From Candidatus Heimdallarchaeota archaeon (GTDB lineage Archaea > Asgardarchaeota > Heimdallarchaeia > Heimdallarchaeales > Heimdallarchaeaceae), in NCBI GenBank assembly GCA_016839945.1, contig JAEOTE010000009.1:1-36300 (forward strand): a stretch of DNA of 36,300 nucleotides. Reading direction: 5' to 3'. Within the stretch, counting starts at the first letter, position 1, and each line of letters begins with the position of its first letter. The notes beneath the pieces are model-generated. The model searched no databases. It was not told the origin of the DNA and was given only the letters and a program-made list of their open reading frames with translations. The position numbers and the translations under genes were made by a program. Positions 18,021 through 26,577 of the stretch are shown here, in pieces.

Positions 18021-19232
18021 ATGCTAGAAGTTGACATAGATGCATGTACAGGATGTAAAGTTTGTGAGAGAGTTTGTCCTTTCGCTGCTATTATTGTAGA
18101 TCCTGAAACTAAAAAAGCTAAAGTTTTAGATAATTGTACATTATGTGGGACATGTGTAAATGCATGCAAATTTGATGCATTAAGCATTGAAAGAAAAGCA
18201 GTATCTGAAGAAGAACTATTGTTGTATAAGGATGTATTTGTGTGGGGCGAATGGGAGAGAAAAGAAGATAAAATTACTACAAAAAATGTAGTCTTTGAAC
18301 TCCTAGGGAAAGGAAGAGAACTTGCAGACAAACTTGGTGAATCTTTAGCAGTAGTTCTTGCAGGAAAAGATATAGATCATTTAACAGAAGAATTATTTCA
18401 TTATGGGGCAGATAAGGTTTATTTATGCAAGCATGAACTCCTCGAACAATACTCAACAGATGGTTATGCAACAGTTATTTCAAGCGTCATTGCTGCTGAA
18501 AAACCTTCAGTTGTTCTTTATGGAGCTACTCCAAATGGAAGGGATTTAGCTCCTAGAATCGCTGGTCGTCTTGCTTTGGGACTAACAGCTGATTGTACTG
18601 GTTTAGATATTGATGAATCAAGACAATTAATACAAACTAGACCTGCTTTTGGAGGTAATATTATGGCATCAATTTATTCACCATATACTCGTCCTCAAAT
18701 GTCTTCAGTTAGACCAAATGTTTTTCCTAAACCAAAACCTGACACTGCAAAGCAAGGAGTATTAGAAGAATTTGATGTTAAACTAAGTCCAATTAATATT
18801 AGGACCAAAATCATTGAAGAAATAATATCAAAAGATGAAGGTGTAAAAATAGAAGAAGCTAATATATTGGTTTCAGCTGGTCGAGGGATAGGATTAAAAG
18901 AGAATCTAGGTTTAATTTATGAAATGGCTGAAGAGCTGGATGCAACAGTTGCAGGATCCAGAGCACTCATAGATTTAGGTTGGCTTCCTCATCCGCAACA
19001 AGTTGGACAATCTGGAAAAACAGTAGCACCAAATCTATATTTTGCATTAGGAATATCTGGTGCAATTCAACATCTTGTAGGTATGACTTCTTCTGATACA
19101 ATTATTGCCATAAACAAAGATCCTGATGCACCTATCTTTAAGATTGCAGATTTTGGAATAGTGGGTGATATCTTTGAAATTATCCCAGAATTTATAAAAT
19201 TGTTGAGAATGAGAAAGCAATCTGATTTATGA
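18021..19232 (+). CDS. etfA: Electron transfer flavoprotein alpha subunit with N-terminal 2[4Fe-4S] ferredoxin domain
   Basis: CTGCKVCERVCP and CTLCGTCVNAC; 'GLTADCT', 'RPAFGGN', 'QVGQSGKTV' and 'GISGAIQH'. Confidence 0.95.
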   Translation: MLEVDIDACTGCKVCERVCPFAAIIVDPETKKAKVLDNCTLCGTCVNACKFDALSIERKAVSEEELLLYKDVFVWGEWERKEDKITTKNVVFELLGKGRELADKLGESLAVVLAGKDIDHLTEELFHYGADKVYLCKHELLEQYSTDGYATVISSVIAAEKPSVVLYGATPNGRDLAPRIAGRLALGLTADCTGLDIDESRQLIQTRPAFGGNIMASIYSPYTRPQMSSVRPNVFPKPKPDTAKQGVLEEFDVKLSPINIRTKIIEEIISKDEGVKIEEANILVSAGRGIGLKENLGLIYEMAEELDATVAGSRALIDLGWLPHPQQVGQSGKTVAPNLYFALGISGAIQHLVGMTSSDTIIAINKDPDAPIFKIADFGIVGDIFEIIPEFIKLLRMRKQSDL

Positions 19233-20981
19233 AGTTTTGTTGTGTTTGAAAATACTTGCTCGAGTATCAATTCTGTGCACTATAGTGAAGTTATTCTGAG
19301 TTAAGACATCTAGAAGAATGGGGGTTTCTTCAATTTGATAAGTTGGAAGAACAACATAGTTGTAAACATTGTTAGCTTCCTTAATTAGATTAATGAGAGT
19401 ATTTAATCCACTGCTAGGAAAATCTACATCAGTAAACATAATGAGTGGAATATTCTTGTGAAGGTATGTGATTAAATTGCCTCTCATAAAACGATTAGTA
19501 ACTAATACTCCCGTTGAATCATTCTGTTGTCCAACAAAAGCTAAACTTCGAGATATTTCATCTCCTTCTCTCCAATTAACAATCTTTGAACCTTCTAAAG
19601 TAGCTACTAGAGAACTAACAAATATTAATGAAAAAACCATAAGAGTATATAGAATTTCAAAATTTCTTCTATTTAGATATTTCTTACTTTTAAATTTAAG
19701 TTTCTTAATAAGAATAACAGAATAGGAACTTATTGCTGGAATGAAACGTTCAATAATAATTGCTAAAATTATAGCAATGCTCAAATGAAAATATAGATAA
19801 CCAGCATAAGCGAATCTAAATTCCTTATGTTGTGGAATGGAAAATATAAGGATTACAAAAAATGATGCAAAAATCATACCACCCAAGATTATAATTTTAT
19901 CCAATTGTGTTTTTTTGTGTTTAATGAGTTTCCAGATATATTCGATGCATAAGAACACAAAGAAGAATATAGTGGTGCAAATTATTATTAAAATTGGTAT
20001 AATTTTGAACAATAAATCGAAGTAAAAAGAGAAAGGTTCAGTTCCAAATATCTGAGAGCCCCCTTCTATTATGTTAAATAAGAACCAATTGACTGGAGAT
20101 ATTGTAAACTCCCCGTAATATAGAGAATCAGCGAATAAACCGATTAAAAAGGATAAACTCAGTCCAATTATGTGACTTACAATCACTTTTAATTTCTTAT
20201 AGGGAAACTTAAAGATTAAAATTGCACCAAGTACAATTAAAAAATCGATTCTAATATAGATTATTAATCCCATAAACAGAGTGAGTAAAATAATTTTTAG
20301 ATACCTCTTAAGCTCATCAATATCATTAATTTTTAGTGCTGACAAAAAAGGATGTTTTTCCTCTTTTTGAGATTGGTTTCTTTGAAGATTTTTTATTGTT
20401 TTCAGATATGATGCAAGAATAAAGAACATCCAAGGAATGAGAAAAATATTTGGAACAGATCTAAACGCCATGAAGAATAGAAAAGGAGAAAATGTTACTA
20501 AAATAGCAGAAATAAAAGAATAATTTTGTTTACCATTGGAGTATTGCTTCATGAATAAGTATGTAGAAGAAGTTATGAGAGATCCATTAATTCCCAAAAT
20601 TATACGAATAAGAGGGATAGTAAAACGCCAATAGTTGAGATTTAGTATTTTACTAAAATACATTGGAATAACAAAAAGAACAGACAAGATAGGGGTTCTG
20701 CATTTTGCCAATTGTGGAATAAATGAATATGATGTTTGGAGCTCAGGACAGACATAGCAATAACCAAACACCATTTTGTGAGCTAACTCTATACTTTGAC
20801 AAAGCTCTTCAGGAGTAATCATCCCCCAAGTATTAAGTGAGAAATAGATTTGGATACAAGCTGAAATTAAGGTTAAACCTAAGATTGCTAACAATTCTAG
20901 ATTTTTAGTAATGAAAGTCACAAAAGATTTCTTCTTTTTCCCCTTGTATGACTCATCTCTCATTTGAAGTTCCTTTTTCAT
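19227..20981 (-). CDS. GT-C glycosyltransferase, ALG9/PIG-B (GT22)-like mannosyltransferase
   Basis: PIG-B-like lumenal motif 'PEELCQSIELAHKMVFGY', plus 'DSLYYG..TISPVNWFLFNI...SQIFGTEPFSFYF' and 'SIPQHKEFRF'; about 10-11 TM helices. Confidence 0.8.
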   Translation of the reverse strand: MKKELQMRDESYKGKKKKSFVTFITKNLELLAILGLTLISACIQIYFSLNTWGMITPEELCQSIELAHKMVFGYCYVCPELQTSYSFIPQLAKCRTPILSVLFVIPMYFSKILNLNYWRFTIPLIRIILGINGSLITSSTYLFMKQYSNGKQNYSFISAILVTFSPFLFFMAFRSVPNIFLIPWMFFILASYLKTIKNLQRNQSQKEEKHPFLSALKINDIDELKRYLKIILLTLFMGLIIYIRIDFLIVLGAILIFKFPYKKLKVIVSHIIGLSLSFLIGLFADSLYYGEFTISPVNWFLFNIIEGGSQIFGTEPFSFYFDLLFKIIPILIIICTTIFFFVFLCIEYIWKLIKHKKTQLDKIIILGGMIFASFFVILIFSIPQHKEFRFAYAGYLYFHLSIAIILAIIIERFIPAISSYSVILIKKLKFKSKKYLNRRNFEILYTLMVFSLIFVSSLVATLEGSKIVNWREGDEISRSLAFVGQQNDSTGVLVTNRFMRGNLITYLHKNIPLIMFTDVDFPSSGLNTLINLIKEANNVYNYVVLPTYQIEETPILLDVLTQNNFTIVHRIDTRASIFKHNKTS

Positions 20982-21066
20982 TATTATTCCTCAACCAATA
21001 TCATTAGTTCATAAAGGAATAAATACAAGAAAAAATAGAGAACCTAATTATTATTAGTTTTGGGAT

Positions 21067-21159
21067 AAATTTACAAAGATTTATATGTTGAGATAAGCTC
21101 TTGTTAAGCTCAACCACATTTTACAATATGTAAAAAGAAAAGAATAGAAAGGTGAAAAA
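21067..21159 (+). promoter_or_regulatory. Promoter/leader duplicated with the gene (copy 1)
   Basis: AAAGATTTATAT BRE/TATA, GTTGAG-N16-CTCAAC, TTTTACA-ATA-TGTAAAA and GGTGA SD; near-identical to 22218-22312. Confidence 0.7.
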
Positions 21160-22056
21160 ATGATAAGTTTTAGAAACAAAACAATTATTGTGCTTTTTAG
21201 TACATTGTTTTTGAGTGTTGTTTTTACTAGCCCTCAAATTCAAGGACAAACCTATGAATATCTCCCAACTCTTATGCCAGGAGCTACTTATGAGTGGCAA
21301 GTAACTACTCTAGCAACTACAGGCTCTGTTAGTACATCATTCCTTGATTATGGTAATGAAACTCTAAAACAAGGAGATATATTCTCAGTAAAGATAATTG
21401 ATGATATAAACAATGTAACTGGTGGAAATCCTAGTGAGCTACTTAATCCAGCTAATATCTGGGCTGAATTCTATTTAAACGGGAATTACAAAACAAATGA
21501 TACAAGCGAAATTGGTTTAATTTGGCTTGGTTGGACAGGTTGGGTATTTTATCCTAGTTTATTACCTGTTTCGTACACTAATACAACAGGAAACTACAGC
21601 TATTTAGAAGTTTTACATGAAAATTTCGACAATACGAAATATGAAAATAAAGCTGAAACTAGTTATTATGGATTTTACGAATATTTATATTGGAAAGGAA
21701 AGCAATCCTCTTCAATATCAAAAGATACTTGGACGATTAAGATGCAACATCATTCTGAATATAGAGAAGAGGATTTTGTTGACCCTGAAAATTGGCAAAA
21801 GGAACAAACCAAAATAGACAGAACAATAGAAATGAGATTTAACATCGAAACTGGATTTTTAGTTTACTTATACTATTATGATAATTGGCATAATATCCTT
21901 GAAAGAGAAGGATCCTTAGATGATGATGTTGAAAATATTGAACTACTCATTGAAAGCACTCAACTTCCTACTGCTGCACCATTTAACTATGGTGGTGTTC
22001 TATTAGGAGTATTTGCAATTAGTCTTGCGCTTTATTACAGAAAGAAAAGGAAGTAA
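21160..22056 (+). CDS. Secreted surface glycoprotein with C-terminal TM anchor (tandem paralog 1)
   Basis: GGTGA SD; signal peptide; sequons NET, NVT, NDT, NTT and NYS; 'APFNYG'-TM-RKKRK tail. Confidence 0.8.
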   Translation: MISFRNKTIIVLFSTLFLSVVFTSPQIQGQTYEYLPTLMPGATYEWQVTTLATTGSVSTSFLDYGNETLKQGDIFSVKIIDDINNVTGGNPSELLNPANIWAEFYLNGNYKTNDTSEIGLIWLGWTGWVFYPSLLPVSYTNTTGNYSYLEVLHENFDNTKYENKAETSYYGFYEYLYWKGKQSSSISKDTWTIKMQHHSEYREEDFVDPENWQKEQTKIDRTIEMRFNIETGFLVYLYYYDNWHNILEREGSLDDDVENIELLIESTQLPTAAPFNYGGVLLGVFAISLALYYRKKRK

Positions 22057-22217
22057 TCCTTTTATTTTTTTATTTTTTATAGGATATTTTTTAATTATAA
22101 TTTTACCTAAATTTATAAAATTATTGAGAACGAAATATATCAAGATTTACAGTTTTTTATATTCTTTTTCTCTTTGTGTAAACACTGTTCTTTTGAAGCT
22201 GATTCTATTTTTAGAAA

Positions 22218-22312
22218 AAATTTACAAAGATTTATATGTTTAGAAAAGCTCTTGTTTAGCTAAACCATATTTTTACAATATGTAAATTGAAAAGAATAGA
22301 AAGGTGAAAAAA
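22218..22312 (+). promoter_or_regulatory. Promoter/leader duplicated with the gene (copy 2)
   Basis: AAAGATTTATAT, GTTTAG-N16-CTAAAC, TTTACA-ATA-TGTAAA and GGTGA SD. Confidence 0.7.
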
Positions 22313-23209
22313 ATGATAAGTTTTAGAAATAAAATAATTATTGCACTTTTTAGTGTATTATTTTTGAGTGTTGTTTTTACTAGCCCTCAAATCCAAGGAC
22401 AAACCTATGAATATCTCTCTACTCTAATGCCAGGAGCTACTTATGAATGGCAAGTAACAACTCTAACAACTACAGGTTCTGTTGGTACATCATTCCTTGT
22501 TTATGGAAATGAATCTCTGGAATCAGGAGATCTTTTTTCAGTGAAAATAATCGATGACGTAAATAACATAACAGGCGGAGATCCAAATGAATTACTTAAT
22601 CCTGCCAATGTTTGGGCAGAATTTTACTTAAATGGGAACTACAAAACAAATGATACAAGTGAAATAGGAATACTTGATTTAGGCTGGACAATGTTTTCAT
22701 ACATTGATTTCTTGCAACCTACAATCTATACAAATTCAACTGGAAATTACAGTTATATAGAGGTTTTACACGAGAATTTTGCAAATGTCAAATATGATGA
22801 AAGAACAGAAGTCAAGTACCATGGATATTATGAAAATACATTTTTAAAATATAAACAAACTTCATCACTAAGCGCGAAAACCTGGACAATTAAATTGCAA
22901 ATGCATGAAGAGTATCAAGAAGACGATTTTGTTGACCCAGAAAATTGGCAAAAGGAACAAACCACTACTGATCGAACAGTTGAAATACGCTTTAATGTTG
23001 ATACAGGATTTGTTGTATATCTATCTTATGAGTATCTATGGCATAACATAAGACAAGTAGAGGGTTCTACTGATGATGATACAAATAGCATGAGTTTACT
23101 GATTGAAAGTACTCAACTTCCTACAGAAGCACCATTTAATTATGGTTATGCTTTGATAGGAATACTCACAATTTGTTTTGTTCTTTACGTACGGAGAAAA
23201 AGAAAATAA
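22313..23209 (+). CDS. Secreted surface glycoprotein with C-terminal TM anchor (tandem paralog 2)
   Basis: Collinear with 21160..22056, with identical blocks (WAEFYLNGNYKTNDTSEIG, DFVDPENWQKEQT). ATG at 22313 follows a GGTGA SD. Confidence 0.8.
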   Translation: MISFRNKIIIALFSVLFLSVVFTSPQIQGQTYEYLSTLMPGATYEWQVTTLTTTGSVGTSFLVYGNESLESGDLFSVKIIDDVNNITGGDPNELLNPANVWAEFYLNGNYKTNDTSEIGILDLGWTMFSYIDFLQPTIYTNSTGNYSYIEVLHENFANVKYDERTEVKYHGYYENTFLKYKQTSSLSAKTWTIKLQMHEEYQEDDFVDPENWQKEQTTTDRTVEIRFNVDTGFVVYLSYEYLWHNIRQVEGSTDDDTNSMSLLIESTQLPTEAPFNYGYALIGILTICFVLYVRRKRK

Positions 23210-23219
23210 TCCTCTTTTT

Positions 23220-24212
23220 TTATTTTTTTACATGCACAAATTCTTCATTTTTCTTTTTCTTATTATTATTCTTTGAACTGAATATTGGTAAAAGTATTCC
23301 AGAAATTGCAATAATTGCAAGACCAATCCATTCAAGTACTGTGGGACGTTCACTGAGAAAAATAACTGCTAGAATTGTAATCTGTACTAGCATAGTATTG
23401 TTAATTATCGAAATTTCTACAGCAGCAAGTTTTTGCATAGCATGGTTCCATAGAGTAAACGCAAAAGCTGTATTAACTACGCTCAACCATAAAATGTAAC
23501 CTATTGATAGTAGAGAAAGTCTTGGAATATCCTCTATGCTTAATCCCACAATCAATAGAACGATGGATCCAACTAGCATACTTATTGATGTTACAATCAA
23601 CGGATTGAATTCTTGTGATTTGTTTATTGAACGTCCCATGATAGCTGATAATGCATTAGCTAATACTCCAATTATCACAATAATTAATGCTAAAATCACC
23701 ATAGAAGAAAAATCAAGACTGACTGACTTAAAGAAATATAAAAAAGCACCTAGAAGTGCAATTATAACTATGAAGATTTGGAGCTTTGAGGGTTTTTCTT
23801 TGATCAGAAAAATCGCTAGTATTAGAACAAGAATAGGTGTAAAACTCAACAACATACTTACTGTTATTGCTGGAAGAAAAAGCAAACCAAAGAATTGAGC
23901 ACCTTGAGTTATAGTATAAAAAACAAGACCATACAGAACTAGTTTTAACCACCAGCGACGATTAATGGTTTTTAGTACCTTTCTTTGCTTGGAAGATATT
24001 AATACAGCTGAGAATAATATTAGAGAAGCTGTGATATACCTTAATCCTGCAAAAGTAATTGGTGGTATTTCTTCTAAACCAAATTTAATTATCGGCCAAG
24101 ATGAAGACCATAATATAGTAACAAAAAATGCTTGGAAGATGGCAAATGGACGAGTTTGAATCATTTGACGAATACGACTAATGAACATTCCGTTTTTCAT
24201 CTTAATGGACAA
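23220..24212 (-). CDS. EamA/DMT family transporter
   Basis: 'LWSSSWPIIKFGLEEIPPITFAGLRY', 'FTPI...LAIFLIKEK' and 'AVIFLSERPT'; 10 TM in two EamA repeats. Exact start uncertain. Confidence 0.92.
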   Translation of the reverse strand: MSIKMKNGMFISRIRQMIQTRPFAIFQAFFVTILWSSSWPIIKFGLEEIPPITFAGLRYITASLILFSAVLISSKQRKVLKTINRRWWLKLVLYGLVFYTITQGAQFFGLLFLPAITVSMLLSFTPILVLILAIFLIKEKPSKLQIFIVIIALLGAFLYFFKSVSLDFSSMVILALIIVIIGVLANALSAIMGRSINKSQEFNPLIVTSISMLVGSIVLLIVGLSIEDIPRLSLLSIGYILWLSVVNTAFAFTLWNHAMQKLAAVEISIINNTMLVQITILAVIFLSERPTVLEWIGLAIIAISGILLPIFSSKNNNKKKKNEEFVHVKK

Positions 24213-24384
24213 TTAGAATAATAAGATATTAATTTTTATTCGTCATAAGACGGGTCCATATTAAAAACAAATAAAAATTGATCAGAGATGATGAAGAACC
24301 AGACCCCGGTTCTATTTTCCAAAATTTATAAAGAATCTATAGTCATTCCTTAATTTTTTTAACAATAAATGAGAAACATATATC

Positions 24385-24897
24385 ATGCAAAGTAATTATG
24401 TGGCCAGACATAGTCTTCATAAAATTGGTGTGGGAGGTCTTTGTATTCAAGATGATAGTATTCTTTTTGTTAAACACAATTATGGTGTTAGTAAAGGTAA
24501 ATGGACTCTTCCAGGAGGATATTTAGAGATGGGAGAAACACTCACAAAATCCATTGAAAGAGAGGTATTAGAAGAAACAGGTGTTAATACAAGGGCTAAG
24601 GAATTGATTGTATCTCGGTATATGGTAAACGAGAAAATAGGAAAAGGATTGGTTTCAGATCTATACATCGTGTTTAGTCTCGAATATATAGATGGAAAAC
24701 CTAAAGCAGATATGGTAGAGATTGTTGATGCGCAATTTATTCCTTTTGTTGATTTAGATAAGCAGGATATTTCTGAATTAAGTAAGCATATTGTTAGTAT
24801 GAATTTGGATAAATCTAAGTTTCACTTACTTCCTTATCAACCAAGTACTGAGATAAAAGATGCATTGAATATCAGAGAATATCAGTTATTCGGTTAA
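24385..24897 (+). CDS. Nudix hydrolase
   Basis: Nudix box 'PGGYLEMGETLTKSIEREVLEETGV'. Confidence 0.93.
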   Translation: MQSNYVARHSLHKIGVGGLCIQDDSILFVKHNYGVSKGKWTLPGGYLEMGETLTKSIEREVLEETGVNTRAKELIVSRYMVNEKIGKGLVSDLYIVFSLEYIDGKPKADMVEIVDAQFIPFVDLDKQDISELSKHIVSMNLDKSKFHLLPYQPSTEIKDALNIREYQLFG

Positions 24898-25081
24898 TAA
24901 TCTCAAACTTCCAATTTCTATCACTAGAATTTGTTTGATTCACTTTGACGAATTGATAGAAAATAGACAAAACAAGAATATTCTTTAAGCAAAGTTAGGA
25001 TACTTTAAGTGAAAACAACCCAAACTCTATTTTTTTAAAAGATAAGTCTTTTATTCAAGTGTTTCATTCATTTATTCAATA

Positions 25082-26020
25082 ATGCAAGAAGACATAGAAG
25101 CGGTTCTAGAAAGGCAAACGGTTCTGGGAAAGTTCTTAGATAGAATGAATTACAGGACTTTACGTTATATCTATACCCTAATGAATAATTTATTAAATTT
25201 TATAGATCGCTTTCTTAGTTCAAATGAAGATAGTCTTTATAATTTAAGAACATCGTTGCTTTCTTCAATGTCTTTACTTGCTAGAACATTCTACCAGAGT
25301 TCAATTGTGGATTATTTACGTTCTGGAGGGAGAATAGAGAAAGAGTTCAAAGAAGAGGTTGAAAGAGCTTTCTTAAAAGGAATGAACGAAAGAGAAGTGA
25401 TTATACAGAGAATTGAGAATTTTATAGACAGATCAGTTGAGCTTCTCAGATTAAAGGAAGAAATCAACAACAAATGGCAAGATATTTACTATCGAACCTC
25501 TCCTGAAACTACAACTGAACAAAACATACGTCAAAATCTATCTATGGTTTTGGAAAAGCAAGATGAATATAGTAAACTACACAAATCCACTTTTTCGAAA
25601 TTAGAAAGCTATCAAATTCAAAAAGATTTAATTGGACAGATTACAGATTTGTCTTTTCAAGCAATAGATTTAGCAGACAAAGCGCAAATGACATTACATG
25701 AATTGCTTGATCTTTGTATTAATCCCTTAGTTACTATTTTTGAAGATGAAACATCTAGTGCTGAAAAGATTCTATCCCAAATTCAATTAGGAGATAAAGA
25801 TAAGGAAAATGGATTAAGTGAAGATGAAATTGGGAAGCTTTGTGATGTCCTTTCTTGGGGTTTAGACGACATTAATAATTATGATGAGCTTTCTAATTTA
25901 GGAAAAGAACTAAGAAATGAATTTGCTTCCTTGTTATCTGATTTTCTTGTCTATTTAGTGGATATTGATTTAGGAATTCAAGAACTTGAATCATTCATTC
26001 TAGAATCATCTGAAAAATAA
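25082..26020 (+). CDS. All-helical/coiled-coil hypothetical protein
   Basis: 312-aa ORF rich in L/E/D/K, amphipathic helices, no recognisable motif. Confidence 0.65.
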   Translation: MQEDIEAVLERQTVLGKFLDRMNYRTLRYIYTLMNNLLNFIDRFLSSNEDSLYNLRTSLLSSMSLLARTFYQSSIVDYLRSGGRIEKEFKEEVERAFLKGMNEREVIIQRIENFIDRSVELLRLKEEINNKWQDIYYRTSPETTTEQNIRQNLSMVLEKQDEYSKLHKSTFSKLESYQIQKDLIGQITDLSFQAIDLADKAQMTLHELLDLCINPLVTIFEDETSSAEKILSQIQLGDKDKENGLSEDEIGKLCDVLSWGLDDINNYDELSNLGKELRNEFASLLSDFLVYLVDIDLGIQELESFILESSEK

Positions 26021-26069
26021 GAACAACAAAAAAGAAGAGTTTTTATTGAAAACCAGTATTTCTAGTTTA

Positions 26070-26573
26070 ATGAGCTACGATTTATTTCTAAGTAGAGATT
26101 ACCTAATATTTTCATGTGCTCACTTTGTTATTGGAGAAAACTTCTTTGAACCTCTTCATGGTCATAATTATAAGATTCTTATAAACGTATATGGTGATCA
26201 AGGAAAAGATAATATGATTATTGATTTTAGGCTTATTAAGCGCATACTTGTCCCTATTGTAGATAGCTTAGATCATCACATAATAATTCCCGAAAAAAAC
26301 AAATTTCTAGAACTAGTTGAACAAGGAGAACAACTTATCGTAAACATTCCTCACATTAACAAAGAGTATGAATTTCCTAAAACAGATATAGTTCTTCTTC
26401 CTATTGAAAACACGACTGTAGAAGAATTGAGTCATTATTTTGTTAATGTTCTTACTAATAATGAGGAATTGAAAAGGGAGAATATAGATCAAGTTACAGT
26501 TACAGTTTTCGAGTATGAAGGTCAAGGTGTGACATACGAACTCTTTCCTTGTAAAAACAATCAAAATCAATAA
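26070..26573 (+). CDS. 6-pyruvoyl-tetrahydropterin synthase family, PTPS-III type (ExxHGH)
   Basis: 'FSCAHF', 'FEPLHGHNY', 'IDF', 'LDH', 'NTTVEEL' and 'VFE'. Glu is present and the QueD Cys is absent. ATG 26070 (TTG 26046 is an alternative). Confidence 0.85.
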   Translation: MSYDLFLSRDYLIFSCAHFVIGENFFEPLHGHNYKILINVYGDQGKDNMIIDFRLIKRILVPIVDSLDHHIIIPEKNKFLELVEQGEQLIVNIPHINKEYEFPKTDIVLLPIENTTVEELSHYFVNVLTNNEELKRENIDQVTVTVFEYEGQGVTYELFPCKNNQNQ

Positions 26574-26577
26574 ACAA

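Noticed and set aside
24288-24294. ATGATGA (C-box-like) here and at 9623, suggesting C/D box sRNAs
   Set aside because: No suitably placed downstream CTGA D box or D'/C' pair.
26070-26573. Annotation as queD (queuosine/archaeosine pathway)
   Set aside because: It lacks the catalytic Cys of CxxxHGH, has ExxHGH, neighbours mptE, and no queC/queE is nearby.
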